From Patescibacteria group bacterium (GTDB taxonomy: Bacteria; Patescibacteriota; JABMPQ01; JBFLZX01): a DNA stretch of 49,072 nucleotides. Under the pieces are notes generated by a model that had not been told where the DNA came from, ran no database searches, and saw only the letters and a program-made list of their open reading frames with translations. Positions 1-8,205 of the stretch are shown one piece after another (the first letter of the stretch is position 1; the number at the start of each line of letters is the position of its first letter). The stretch is from positions 1 to 49,072 of the forward strand of contig JBFLZX010000002.1 of the NCBI GenBank assembly GCA_040756075.1, in the 5' to 3' direction. The position numbers and the translations under genes are program-made.

Positions 1-165
1 AAAAAGAAATCTCAAAAGACGTTTCAATTGCATGACAATTTGCTAAAAAACAAAAACTCACGAATAGTGAGTCTTATTTGATTTGGTTTAAAAAAATGAC
101 AAAAAACAATTTCGTAATTCAAAGCTTTTAAGCTTGTGGATAAACACTTCATTTTTTGGCAAAAA

Positions 166-176
166 TGTGATATAAT
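166..176 (+). promoter_or_regulatory. candidate extended -10 promoter element
   Basis: TG at 168-169, one base, then a perfect TATAAT at 171-176. No convincing -35. Confidence 0.3.
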
Positions 177-416
177 AATAAAGACCAAAAACCAAATACC
201 AAAAATCAAAAACAAAAATCAAAAACTGACTCCGGTGCATCGGAGTCATCCCGAGCGAGGTCGCCGCGGTAACAGAATCGAGGAATCTCTCGCGAATGCG
301 AGTTCACAAACAAGTTGTGAGGTTCCTCACTTCGGCCAGCTGGGCTGGCTTTTGCTCAGAGCGACTTATTTTTTGTTTTTAGTCTGTAGTTTTGGTCTTT
401 GATTTTTAATTTTTTA
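177..416. repeat. composite palindromic intergenic element
   Basis: Left arm of CCAAAAA/ATCAAAAA-type units (about 181-228) mirrors a right arm of TTTTTG/TTTGGT units (about 369-416). The core holds small GC-rich hairpins (gactccg/cggagtc, ctcgc/gcgag, gtgagg/cctcac, gccagc/gctggc) and a GTCATCCCGAGCGA motif shared with other elements in the window. Confidence 0.6.
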
Positions 417-419
417 TTT

Positions 420-935
420 ATGGCTGCCGCATTTTCACAAATCAATTGGTCTGTTCCATCTTGGGATCTTTTTATTTATCTTTTTTTTGTCGTAGCGGTT
501 ATTTTGTACGGCATGGCGCTGGGAAGAGAACGAGTTTTATCTATTTTAATTAGTATTTATATTGGTTTGGCAATTTCGTCTAATTTGCCTTTTTTAAATG
601 AAAAAACAGCGGCAAAAATTGGTGTTTCTTCGGTATTTACTTTAAAACTTTTGGTTTTTGCCGCCGCGCTAGTGGTTGGTTTTTATGTTTTTTCTCGCGC
701 CGGGGCGCTCGCTTCTCTATCTTCAAGTTCAAAAATTATTCATATTTTTATTTTTTCTGTTTGTCAAGTTGGACTTTTGGTCAGCGTAATTTTATCTTTT
801 TTGCCGCAAACAGTGATAGATTCCTTTTTGCCTCTAACACGTCAATTATTTACTACAGAATTGGCAAGGTTTTTATGGATTTTGGCTCCGCTTGCGGCAA
901 TGTTTTTTGCTAAAAGAACAGGCGAAACAGCTTAA
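420..935 (+). CDS. hypothetical multi-pass membrane protein
   Basis: Long ORF with several hydrophobic helices (e.g. LFIYLFFVVAVILYGMALG, LLVFAAALVVGFYVF). The ATG at 420 is preferred over the TTG at 399, which lies inside the repeat arm. Confidence 0.6.
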   Translation: MAAAFSQINWSVPSWDLFIYLFFVVAVILYGMALGRERVLSILISIYIGLAISSNLPFLNEKTAAKIGVSSVFTLKLLVFAAALVVGFYVFSRAGALASLSSSSKIIHIFIFSVCQVGLLVSVILSFLPQTVIDSFLPLTRQLFTTELARFLWILAPLAAMFFAKRTGETA

Positions 936-1081
936 AAAGGGACAGTACCTTTGATTTGGGCATGAAATTTTGGCTTTTGTTGGTTAAAAATCTTACGGAT
1001 TTTAAAAATGGGATATTTTTGTCCAATTTTGTGCGGCTTAAATTTTTTTCTTGAAGGACTAATTTTTATGTGTTATATTAG

Positions 1082-1112
1082 GAAATAAGCAAGTAAAGCT
1101 TATTTCTTTTTG
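1082..1112 (+). terminator. rho-independent terminator-like hairpin
   Basis: Stem GAAATAAGC (1082-1090) pairs with GCTTATTTC (1098-1106), followed by TTTTTG. Confidence 0.55.
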
Positions 1113-1216
1113 TTGTTTGTCGAAAAAATCGAGATCGTCACGGCGACGCATAAATTTTTGTTAGAATTTTTGAATTTATCTGAAAATTGACAATTAATAG
1201 TTGAAAATTAAATCTC

Positions 1217-1336
1217 GGGGCGTTAGCTCAGTTGGGTCGATTGCGACCGATTAGGGAGCAATCGACGGGCAACAACATTAATGTAATTTAATAAGAAAGG
1301 TTGCCCAGGTAGAGCATCTGCCTTTTATGGCAAATG
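1217..1336 (+). pseudogene. tRNA-Lys-like 5' fragment with a ~73-nt insert in the D-loop and no T-arm
   Basis: GGGGCGTTAGCTCAGTTGG is identical to the intact tRNA-Lys 5' end. The insert (1236-1308) has two helices (GTCGATTGC/GCAATCGAC and GGGCAAC/GTTGCCC). The gene then resumes with GTAGAGCA plus a hairpin with a TTTTAT loop. No T-arm or 3' acceptor follows. Confidence 0.5.
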
Positions 1337-1363
1337 TGTTTTAAGATAGTATAAAAAATTTTT

Positions 1364-1436
1364 GGGGCGTTAGCTCAGTTGGTAGAGCACCTGCCTTTTA
1401 AGCAGGGTGTCACAGGTTCGAATCCTGTACGCCTCA
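1364..1436 (+). tRNA. tRNA-Lys (anticodon UUU)
   Basis: 73-nt cloverleaf read by eye: acceptor GGGGCGT/ACGCCTC, D-arm GCTC-AGTTGGTA-GAGC, anticodon arm CCTGC-CTTTTAA-GCAGG, T-arm ACAGG-TTCGAAT-CCTGT, discriminator A. Confidence 0.93.
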
Positions 1437-1451
1437 TTTTAGTAATATTGT

Positions 1452-1623
1452 GAGCGCAGCTCAGTTGGGTTTTTGCTGTAAATTGCGAAGCAATTTAGCG
1501 GCACAACTGCTTGTGCAGTGATAGCAAAAACGGGTTTGCCGATGCGCCGCAGGCGCAGGCAAACCTAGGAAGAGCACCTGCCTTTTAAGCTGAGGGTTTC
1601 GAGTTCGATCCTCGGGCGGCTCA
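1452..1623 (+). tRNA. tRNA-Lys(UUU)-like gene interrupted by a ~100-nt structured insert in the D-loop; possibly a pseudogene
   Basis: GAGCGCAGCTCAGTTGG is followed by an insert at 1469-1568 (helices GTTTTTGCT/AGCAAAAAC and GGGTTTGCC/GGCAAACC, with inner hairpins). The gene resumes with GAAGAGCACCTGCCTTTTAAGC, T-arm TCGAG-TTCGATC-CTCGG, and 3' end GCGGCTCA. The anticodon stem (CCTGC/GCTGA) and acceptor (one base short) pair imperfectly. Confidence 0.5.
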
Positions 1624-1669
1624 TTTTAAAAATCTTAAATCCCAAATCTTAAAACTCAAAATTTAGGAG

Positions 1670-1691
1670 TTGCCTTGCGGCAGCTTTTTTA
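1670..1691 (+). terminator. rho-independent terminator-like hairpin after the tRNA cluster
   Basis: GTTGCC-ttgc-GGCAGC followed by TTTTTT. Confidence 0.55.
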
Positions 1692-1742
1692 GTTGTTTTA
1701 TTTCAGAAAATCTTTTAGAATTTAAAGAGAACCAGAATTTTT

Positions 1743-2798
1743 ATGTCCCAGCGCATAATTTTCCACATTGATTTAGACGCTTTTTTCGCTTCCTGCGAAG
1801 TTTTGAAAAATTCAAAGCTAGCCGGAAAAGCTGTTGTTGTTGGCGCTGATCCAAAAGAAGGAAGGGGGAGAGGCGTTGTTTCAACTGCTTCTTATGAGGC
1901 GCGGAAATTTGGCGTTCATTCCGCTCAGCCGATATCAATAGCCTGGCGGCTTGCAGGCGGTCGGGTAATTTTTTTGTTGCCTGATTTTGCGTTTTATGAA
2001 AAAATGAGCGCTAAAGTGATGAAAATTCTGCAAAAATATGTTGATGCTTTTGAAAGTTGGGGAATCGACGAAGCCTATTTAGATGTTTCAGAAAAAATTC
2101 ACAATTTTAGAGAAGCAAAAGAATTCGCTCAAAAAATAAAAGAAGAAATTAAAGAAAAAACTAAATTAACCTGTTCGATTGGTATCGGACCAAATAAACT
2201 TTTAGCGAAAATTGCTTCAGGATATAAAAAGCCAGATGGACTGGTCTGTATTTTGCCGGATAAAGTTTTGGAATTTTTAAAACCTTTATCCTGTCGTGAG
2301 CTTATTGGCGTGGGTCCAAAAAGTGAGGAAAAATTGGCAAGGCTTGGTGTAAAAACAATCAGTGATTTGCAAAAAATATCACGAGAGAAACTAGTTGATA
2401 TTTTTGGCAAATTCGGCAGCAGCTTATATGATTATTCGCGGGGAATTGATGAAAGTGAAGTCAAGGAAAGCAAAGAGCGAAAGTCTATATCTTGCGAACA
2501 CACCTTTGAAAAAGACACTCAAAACCCTTATTTGATTTTTGCTACTTTAAACAAATTGGCTCAAGAAGTTTTTAAATTAATAAGAAAAGAAAAATATCAT
2601 TTTGGGCAAGTGGCGATTAAAGTGCGCTATGAAAATTTTGAAACTCATACTAGGCAATCGGTTTTATCAGAATCATCATCTAAATTTTATGATATAAAAA
2701 CAAAAGTGCGAGAGCTTATTTTGCCATTTTTAAAGAAAGGAAGAAGTATCAGACTAGTTGGTGTAAAAGTGGGGCGGCTGAGAGAATCTAAAAACTGA
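1743..2798 (+). CDS. dinB: DNA polymerase IV (Y-family translesion polymerase)
   Basis: The N-terminus IIFHIDLDAFFASCE, then GIDEAYLDV, IGIGPNKLLAKIAS and KPDG are typical DinB/UmuC-family motifs. 351 aa. Confidence 0.92.
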   Translation: MSQRIIFHIDLDAFFASCEVLKNSKLAGKAVVVGADPKEGRGRGVVSTASYEARKFGVHSAQPISIAWRLAGGRVIFLLPDFAFYEKMSAKVMKILQKYVDAFESWGIDEAYLDVSEKIHNFREAKEFAQKIKEEIKEKTKLTCSIGIGPNKLLAKIASGYKKPDGLVCILPDKVLEFLKPLSCRELIGVGPKSEEKLARLGVKTISDLQKISREKLVDIFGKFGSSLYDYSRGIDESEVKESKERKSISCEHTFEKDTQNPYLIFATLNKLAQEVFKLIRKEKYHFGQVAIKVRYENFETHTRQSVLSESSSKFYDIKTKVRELILPFLKKGRSIRLVGVKVGRLRESKN

Positions 2799-2841
2799 AA
2801 AGCAAATCTTCCTATTAGTAGAGTTTTTTTTAAACTTTTAT

Positions 2842-2879
2842 TATCGTCTATTTAGCGTGTACGCGCTAAATAGACGATA
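2842..2879. repeat. near-perfect 38-nt inverted repeat downstream of dinB
   Basis: tatcgtctatttagcg-tgtacg-cgctaaatagacgata. No U-tract follows. Confidence 0.6.
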
Positions 2880-2956
2880 TCAGAACTTGTAAGTAAGTCC
2901 GACAGAATCGGAATGAAAACTATAATCCATACTTTATAATTCACAATTCAAATACA

Positions 2957-4279
2957 ATGAAAGTTGCAATTAAAACATTGGGTTGCCGGCTAAATCAGGC
3001 AGAGTCACAGAATTTAATGGAAGAAATTGAATCTTGCGGCATTAATTTGGTTGATTTCAAGAATCAAGCCGATTTATATATTATAAATTCTTGTTCAGTG
3101 ACAAATTTAGCAGATTTTAAATCTCGGCAAGCAGTGCATTTCATTCGAAACAAACATCTAAAAGCAAAAATTTGGGCAACTGGATGTGCGAAAAGTTTAG
3201 TGCGCGAAGCAGATTTATTTTTTGAAGACAAAGAAGAGATTCCAAAAAAAATTCTTGAAGAAATTAATAATCAATTAAATTTTCAAACTAGAAGAGTGTT
3301 GTCATCTAAACACGATCGTAGTAAAATGACAACATTAAAAAGTGAATTAAAATGGGAAAATGAAAGTCTTTTTCGGACAAGGGCTTTTGTGAAAATTCAA
3401 GAAGGATGTGATAATTTCTGTGCTTATTGTATTGTGCCTTATTTGCGTGGGGAACCGAAGAGTATGCCAGCCTGCGAAATAATTAAGAAAATTAATCAGA
3501 AAGTTAATAAAGGATATAAAGAGGTGGTGTTAACAGGAGTGAATATCGGCAAGTACACTTCAAAAATTCCAAATTCCAAAATCCAAATTCCAAATAAATT
3601 CCAAATTCCAAATTCCAAAATCCAAAATATCAATTTATTTGGGTTGCTAAAATTAATACTTAAAAATACAAAAATTCCAAGAATTAGGCTGGGGTCGATA
3701 AATCCAGAAGATATTAATGGCGAATTTATAAATTTATTTCAAAATCTGCGGATGTGCCGGCATCTGCATTTGTCATTGCAGAGCGGGAGTAATAATGTTT
3801 TAGCAAGAATGGATAGAAAATATAATACAAAACGATATGAGAAAATTGTCCGGGAATTTTACCAAAAATACCCAGATTTCAATTTTACGACCGATGTCAT
3901 TGTTGGTTTTCCAGGCGAAACAGAAAAAGAATTTTTGCAAACTTATAATTTTATCAAAAAAATCGGCCTTTCTAAAGTTCATATTTTTCGTTATTCAAAA
4001 AGAAACAACACATACGCTGCAAGAATGAAAAATCAAATTGCAGAGAAGATAAAGTTAGGACGAGCAAAAAAACTAGAAATACTAAATAAAGTTTTAAAGA
4101 AAAATTTTATCAAAAAAATGCAAGGAAAATACGAAAGAGTTTTATTTGAGAATAAAAAACGCGGTTTTTGGCTGGGATTTACAAAGAATTATTTGAGAGT
4201 TAGAATGGAAAGTAGTAAAGACCTAAAAAATAAAATAATATCTATTAGGTTATCAAAGAATAATTTACTAGTCATATAG
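2957..4279 (+). CDS. mtaB: radical-SAM tRNA methylthiotransferase, MtaB-like
   Basis: N-terminal MKVAIKTLGCRLNQAES (UPF0004 domain), radical-SAM CDNFCAYCIVP, and a C-terminal TRAM-like segment. Carries an in-frame repeat insert (see 3561-3630). Confidence 0.85.
   Translation: MKVAIKTLGCRLNQAESQNLMEEIESCGINLVDFKNQADLYIINSCSVTNLADFKSRQAVHFIRNKHLKAKIWATGCAKSLVREADLFFEDKEEIPKKILEEINNQLNFQTRRVLSSKHDRSKMTTLKSELKWENESLFRTRAFVKIQEGCDNFCAYCIVPYLRGEPKSMPACEIIKKINQKVNKGYKEVVLTGVNIGKYTSKIPNSKIQIPNKFQIPNSKIQNINLFGLLKLILKNTKIPRIRLGSINPEDINGEFINLFQNLRMCRHLHLSLQSGSNNVLARMDRKYNTKRYEKIVREFYQKYPDFNFTTDVIVGFPGETEKEFLQTYNFIKKIGLSKVHIFRYSKRNNTYAARMKNQIAEKIKLGRAKKLEILNKVLKKNFIKKMQGKYERVLFENKKRGFWLGFTKNYLRVRMESSKDLKNKIISIRLSKNNLLVI
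3561..3630 (+). repeat. in-frame TTCCAAA/ATCCAAA tandem-repeat insert inside mtaB
   Basis: caaaaattccaaattccaaaatccaaattccaaataaattccaaattccaaattccaaaatccaaaat translates as SKIPNSKIQIPNKFQIPNSKIQN. It has the same unit as the intergenic AAATCCAAA elements. Confidence 0.85.
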
Positions 4280-4441
4280 CTTTTAAATCCAAATGCCAAA
4301 ATCCAAATTTCAAATCAGATCCAAAATCTAAATGACAAATTAACCCTCTTATATAAGTATAAGGGAGGAGGTGGAGGAGTTGTGTTTTAGATTTTAAACT
4401 TTGACATTCATTTGAAATTTGAGCTTTGGATTTTAGATTTT
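4280..4441. repeat. AAATCCAAA-family palindromic intergenic element
   Basis: The left arm (aaatccaaatgccaaaatccaaatttcaaatc...) mirrors the right arm (...gaaatttgagctttggattttagattt). The GC-rich centre is ccctcttatataagtataagggaggaggtggagg. Confidence 0.8.
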
Positions 4442-4442
4442 T

Positions 4443-4769
4443 ATGAGACTTCTTCCTCGTCGTCCGCGCTGTTCGTTTTGCAGTTGTCTTGCAATTTTGA
4501 TTTTAGCGGTTGTAATTTTCGGTAGTTATTTTTTTGCAAAAAAAGCAGATATAAAATGGCAGAAGATAATTAATTTATTAGGGCAAAAGGTTAAAATTAA
4601 AATTGAACAGAAAATGAAAGAAGAAATAAAAAAAGAAGGGAAAAAGTTGGAAGGAGAGGTTTATCGAGAGGCGACAGAACATAATCCAGAAGGGGATTTG
4701 TTGCCAGATCAGTTAGATAATAAAATAAAGCAGGATATAAAAGATGAGGTAAAAAAGAGAGTACAATAA
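4443..4769 (+). CDS. hypothetical membrane-anchored Lys/Glu-rich protein
   Basis: ORF with one N-terminal TM helix (LAILILAVVIFGSYFF) and a charged tail. No recognisable domain. Confidence 0.45.
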   Translation: MRLLPRRPRCSFCSCLAILILAVVIFGSYFFAKKADIKWQKIINLLGQKVKIKIEQKMKEEIKKEGKKLEGEVYREATEHNPEGDLLPDQLDNKIKQDIKDEVKKRVQ

Positions 4770-4772
4770 AAA

Positions 4773-4917
4773 ATGTATCTTGTATCTAGTATCTGGAATC
4801 TAGAATTGAATTTTGAATTATGAATTCCGAATTATATCCGTTTTTAGCGGATAAATATTCATAATTCTTCATTCACGATTCGATTCGAGATACGAGATAC
4901 CAGATTCGAAATTCAAC
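4773..4917. repeat. palindromic intergenic element (GTATCT/GAATT-unit family)
   Basis: gtatcttgtatctagtatctggaatctagaattgaatt... mirrors ...cgattcgagatacgagataccagattcgaaattc, with a central atccg-ttttta-gcggat hairpin. Related element at 43535-43738. Confidence 0.75.
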
Positions 4918-4918
4918 A

Positions 4919-5224
4919 ATGTTAATCCATTTTGCAAAAAAATTTTCCCAGACGCCGCAGGTGCTTTTGCGTCGTTGCGGCTATATTCCCTGGCGGGACA
5001 GGTTTTCAGGAGAAATAAAATTCATCCGCCGTTTAACATTAGCTTTTTATCCGCGGTTTCATATTATTTACAGTTTTTCTGCAGTCGGCAATTTAATTTT
5101 AGATCTTCATTTAGATTCCCGTCGGCCGATGCATAAAATTGGCATTAGGACTTCAGAAAGTGGAGAAAGTGCAGTGGTACAAAAAGAAGCAGAAAGAATA
5201 AAAAAAATTTTAATTAATTTGTAA
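4919..5224 (+). CDS. hypothetical protein
   Basis: 101-aa ORF that exactly fills the space between two repeat elements. No recognisable domain. Confidence 0.4.
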   Translation: MLIHFAKKFSQTPQVLLRRCGYIPWRDRFSGEIKFIRRLTLAFYPRFHIIYSFSAVGNLILDLHLDSRRPMHKIGIRTSESGESAVVQKEAERIKKILINL

Positions 5225-5357
5225 AAGTGCGAAATAAATCCTACACTTTTCAGCGGGGTATTAGACCCCGCCGAAAGGCTCTAATTTTTTGTCCCCAAAG
5301 CAAGAACGGTGGGGTATTTTAAAAGGTGCGGGATAAAAATAACAAAATAAAAAATTC

Positions 5358-5386
5358 TTGACAAGCATAGAAATATAATATATTAT
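5358..5386 (+). promoter_or_regulatory. sigma-70-like promoter candidate
   Basis: TTGACA (5358-5363), 17-nt spacer, TATTAT (5381-5386). A second TTGACA lies at 5399-5404, with TAAACT 17 nt downstream. Confidence 0.5.
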
Positions 5387-5499
5387 AACTAGTAATATTT
5401 GACAAAATATTATTTTTATGCTAAACTATAATTGTTAAAATTGTTTTAACTAATAAATTTCATTTGTTAATAATTTTTTAGCTGAAATAAGCCAAAAAT

Positions 5500-6594
5500 A
5501 TGGCAGAATTATCAAATAAAAATTTTGCAGTACAACAAAAAGAGGGCAATGTTTTTCCTTCTGACTTAGTATTGAAATTATTAGAGGGGTTAAATTCACG
5601 AACTAAAAATATTATTATCAAACGTTTTGGCTTAGATGGCCAAGAAAAACAAACTTTAGAGCAAATTGGGCGCCAGTATGGCATTACTCGCGAGAGGGTA
5701 AGACAAATTCAGAGCGCGGCCTTGCGGGAATTTAAAAAATCGCAAAAGATTAAATATTTAGAGCCGCTCGAAGAACAATTAAAATCTTTATTACAAAAAA
5801 ATGGCCATGCAATGGAATATCAAAATTTAGTTAAATCTTTTAAAGAAAAAATTAATGATCCAAAGCTCCACGGAAATCATTTAGAATTTGCCTTGACTTT
5901 ATCTCCGCATTTTGAAAATGTATCTGAAAATGAAACAAACAGGCGCGGCTGGAAAACAAAAAATGTGTCAAAAGATATACCAGAGAAAGTAATTCAAATT
6001 TTTTGTGATATTTTACAAAAAGAAAAAAAACCTTTGCCTGAAGATCACGCAGTAACTGTTGTTCTTAACCATAATCAAGTCAAAAATTTATCCGAAGAAG
6101 CAAAGACTCGTGAAGCTATTTTATCATATTTTAATCTGTCAAAAAAAGTTCTAAAAAATCCTTTTGGCGAGTGGGGGCTGACGCTGTGGTCAGAAATTTT
6201 ACCACGCGGCGTGAAAGATAAGGCATATTTAGTTTTAAAAAAGGCGGGAAAGCCTTTGCATTTTCGCGAAATTACAAATTTAATCAATGAAAAAGGTTTT
6301 TCAAAAAGACCAGCCAATGCTCAAACCGTGCATAATGAATTAATTAAAGATAAACGATTTGTTTTAGTTGGTCGGGGAATGTATGCTTTAGTTGAGTGGG
6401 GTTATCGGCCAGGAACAGTGATTGATGTGGTTAGCGCGGTTTTAAAAGAAGCAAAAACAGCTTTGGGCCGCGAGGAAATCGTAAAGAAAGTTTTGAAACA
6501 GCGAAAAGTAAAAAAGAACACAATTATTTTGGCTTTGCAAAATAAAGAAAAGTTTGAAAGAGTCGGGGAAGGAATGTACAAACTCGCGGAGTAA
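5500..6594 (+). CDS. sigma-70 region-4-like HTH protein with C-terminal HARE-HTH-like domain
   Basis: The N-terminal segment RFGLDGQEKQTLEQIGRQYGITRERVRQIQSAALREFKK matches the sigma-70 region 4 pattern. The C-terminal segment AYLVLKKAGKPLHFREI...FVLVGRGMYALVEW resembles HARE-HTH. Confidence 0.7.
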   Translation: MAELSNKNFAVQQKEGNVFPSDLVLKLLEGLNSRTKNIIIKRFGLDGQEKQTLEQIGRQYGITRERVRQIQSAALREFKKSQKIKYLEPLEEQLKSLLQKNGHAMEYQNLVKSFKEKINDPKLHGNHLEFALTLSPHFENVSENETNRRGWKTKNVSKDIPEKVIQIFCDILQKEKKPLPEDHAVTVVLNHNQVKNLSEEAKTREAILSYFNLSKKVLKNPFGEWGLTLWSEILPRGVKDKAYLVLKKAGKPLHFREITNLINEKGFSKRPANAQTVHNELIKDKRFVLVGRGMYALVEWGYRPGTVIDVVSAVLKEAKTALGREEIVKKVLKQRKVKKNTIILALQNKEKFERVGEGMYKLAE

Positions 6595-6760
6595 ATTCCA
6601 AATTACAAGCACCAAATTCTGTCCCTGCGGGACATCTTCCGAAGGGAGGCAAATAAACTCAAAATTCAAATATCAAATGACCAAAACATCAATATTTTGA
6701 ATTTGTAATTTTGGTCATTGGGATTTATTTGTGATTTGGAATTTGAGATTTGGAATTTTT
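6595..6760. repeat. AAATTCCAAA-family palindromic intergenic element
   Basis: aaattccaaattacaagcaccaaatt... mirrors ...gtgatttggaatttgagatttggaattt. An inner pair is caaatgaccaaaa/ttttggtcattg. Confidence 0.75.
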
Positions 6761-6842
6761 TATAATTGATATCCAAACAAAAACTATAAGATAGCTACCA
6801 GCTACCCGTTGCTAGCTGCCAGTTTTAGCTCTCAACTAATTT

Positions 6843-8135
6843 ATGATGGATTTTTTGCAGAATCTTCCGCCATTAGCTTTGAAGGAAACATTTTCTGAAT
6901 TTTGGTATATTTGGAAAGTATATTTTTTAAAAACATGGTGGGTTTTGCCGCCAATTTTTTTATTTATCATTTATTATATTTGGCTTTTTTTTAAACGCGA
7001 AGCCTATCTGAAATCTATAAAGTGGGTTTTTTTAGCTATTTCAGTGCCTCAAGAAAGCGAGATTAATCCTAAATCAATGGAGCAAGTAATTGCTGGTTTT
7101 TACGGCATTAAGGGTGATCCAAATTTTGTCGAGAAATATTGGGAGGGGCAAGTTCAGTTGCATATGAGTTTAGAATTAGTGGGGATTGACGGCCATATTC
7201 GTTTTGTTGTTGGCACACCAGAGAAATACCGTGATTTAGTGGAAGCAGGTATTTATGCTTATTATCCAGAAGCAGAAATTTTAGAAATTGAAGATTATGC
7301 TAAATATATGCCGAAGATGTTTCCTAATGATAAATATGAAATGTTTGGCACGGAATTTGTTTTGACAAAACCAGATGCCTATCCGATTCGGACATATCAA
7401 GAATTTTCTAATGAATTATCAGAAGAAAGATTTATTGATCCTGTTGCGGCTATTACCGAAGTGATGTCAAAATTAAAAGAAGGAGAACAAATTTGGCTGC
7501 AATGGTTAATCGGACCAACTGGTGATAAATGGAAAGAGGCGGGAGAGAAATTAATAGCTAAACTTATTCATTTAAAACTGGAAAAAAAAGAGGATTTTGT
7601 CCAAAAAAATATTCTATCCCTTTTGCATGGGGCGCAAAAAGGAATTGAAAGCGCTGCCGGAGTGCCGGAAGCTGGAGCAAAAGAAGAATACGAGCCGATT
7701 TCTTGGATGCAGCATTTGCCGCCTTCTGAAAAAGATGTTGTTGAGGCAATTGGAAGGAATATTGCAAAAATCGGCTTTAAAACAAAGTTTCGTTTTATTT
7801 ATATTGCCAGAAAAGAAATTTTTGATAAAACAAGAAGAAATGCCGTTTTGGGAGCAGTCTCTTTATTTAATACTCTCAATTTAAATGGATTTAAAGTGCA
7901 TAAAAAAATGAAAACAAAAGTAGACTATTTTAAATTTCGAATTCCTTATCGTCAGCGGAGGATTACGCGGTATTTTAAAGAAAGGACAATAAAAAAAGGC
8001 ATTAATCCTTTTGTTTTTAATATTGAGGAATTAGCCACTGTTTTTCATTTTCCTTATGTAACAGTCAAGTCGCCAACTATAGCTCGTACAGCGGCAAAAA
8101 AAGCTGAACCACCTGTTGATTTACCCATTTCTTGA
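6843..8135 (+). CDS. hypothetical membrane protein, putative partner of the downstream TraD/VirD4-like ATPase
   Basis: 430-aa ORF with N-terminal TM helices (WWVLPPIFLFIIYYIWLFF) followed by a large soluble domain. It ends 70 nt upstream of the ATPase gene. No domain recognised. Confidence 0.65.
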   Translation: MMDFLQNLPPLALKETFSEFWYIWKVYFLKTWWVLPPIFLFIIYYIWLFFKREAYLKSIKWVFLAISVPQESEINPKSMEQVIAGFYGIKGDPNFVEKYWEGQVQLHMSLELVGIDGHIRFVVGTPEKYRDLVEAGIYAYYPEAEILEIEDYAKYMPKMFPNDKYEMFGTEFVLTKPDAYPIRTYQEFSNELSEERFIDPVAAITEVMSKLKEGEQIWLQWLIGPTGDKWKEAGEKLIAKLIHLKLEKKEDFVQKNILSLLHGAQKGIESAAGVPEAGAKEEYEPISWMQHLPPSEKDVVEAIGRNIAKIGFKTKFRFIYIARKEIFDKTRRNAVLGAVSLFNTLNLNGFKVHKKMKTKVDYFKFRIPYRQRRITRYFKERTIKKGINPFVFNIEELATVFHFPYVTVKSPTIARTAAKKAEPPVDLPIS

Positions 8136-8185
8136 ATAACAACTAATAACCACTAACAACTAATAACTTATAACTAATAACTATT
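8136..8185. repeat. tandem AACTAATA-type half element
   Basis: ataacaactaataaccactaacaactaataacttataactaataacta matches the right arm of the element at 30393-30488. No partner arm lies nearby. Confidence 0.6.
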
Positions 8186-8205
8186 GCCCCATATCTGTTA
8201 CCTTT

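Noticed and set aside
230-365. GC-rich, strongly structured core that could be a small ncRNA such as an SRP or 6S-like RNA.
   Set aside because: It carries the GTCATCCCGAGCGA and GAGGAATCTC motifs of the dispersed repeat family and is enclosed by repeat arms. I could not match any conserved ncRNA motif by eye.
136-402. 88-aa ORF (and the antisense ORF at 24-215) at the window start.
   Set aside because: It reads straight through the palindromic repeat element (KTKNQIPKIKNKNQK.. is translated CCAAAAA units). It has no SD and no recognisable domain. Most likely it is non-coding.
962-1054. 30-codon ORF (MKFWLLLVKNLTDFKNGIFLSNFVRLKFFS) between the membrane protein gene and the terminator.
   Set aside because: It is too short, has no SD and is compositionally ordinary. 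There is no supporting evidence.
1217-1700. tRNA-associated integrative element or prophage boundary (duplicated tRNA fragments as att sites).
   Set aside because: No integrase, excisionase or phage genes flank the locus. The duplicated parts are 5' portions with internal inserts rather than the 3' att-type duplication.
1743-2798. Possibility of an alternative genetic code (UGA recoding, as in some candidate phyla).
   Set aside because: dinB, alaS and infA end at TGA exactly where homologues end. No conserved gene shows in-frame TGA. The standard code fits.
3561-3630. Short tandem repeats, here and at 22401-22467 and in many spacers, as possible CRISPR arrays.
   Set aside because: The units are 6-9 nt with no unique spacers between them, and no cas genes are present. 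This is not CRISPR architecture.
5225-5340. Possible small RNA or terminator region (gcggggtattagaccccgc hairpin, repeated GGGGTATT).
   Set aside because: There is only one short hairpin with a weak U-run and a loose second repeat. That is insufficient to call an ncRNA, though it may simply terminate the 4919-5224 ORF.
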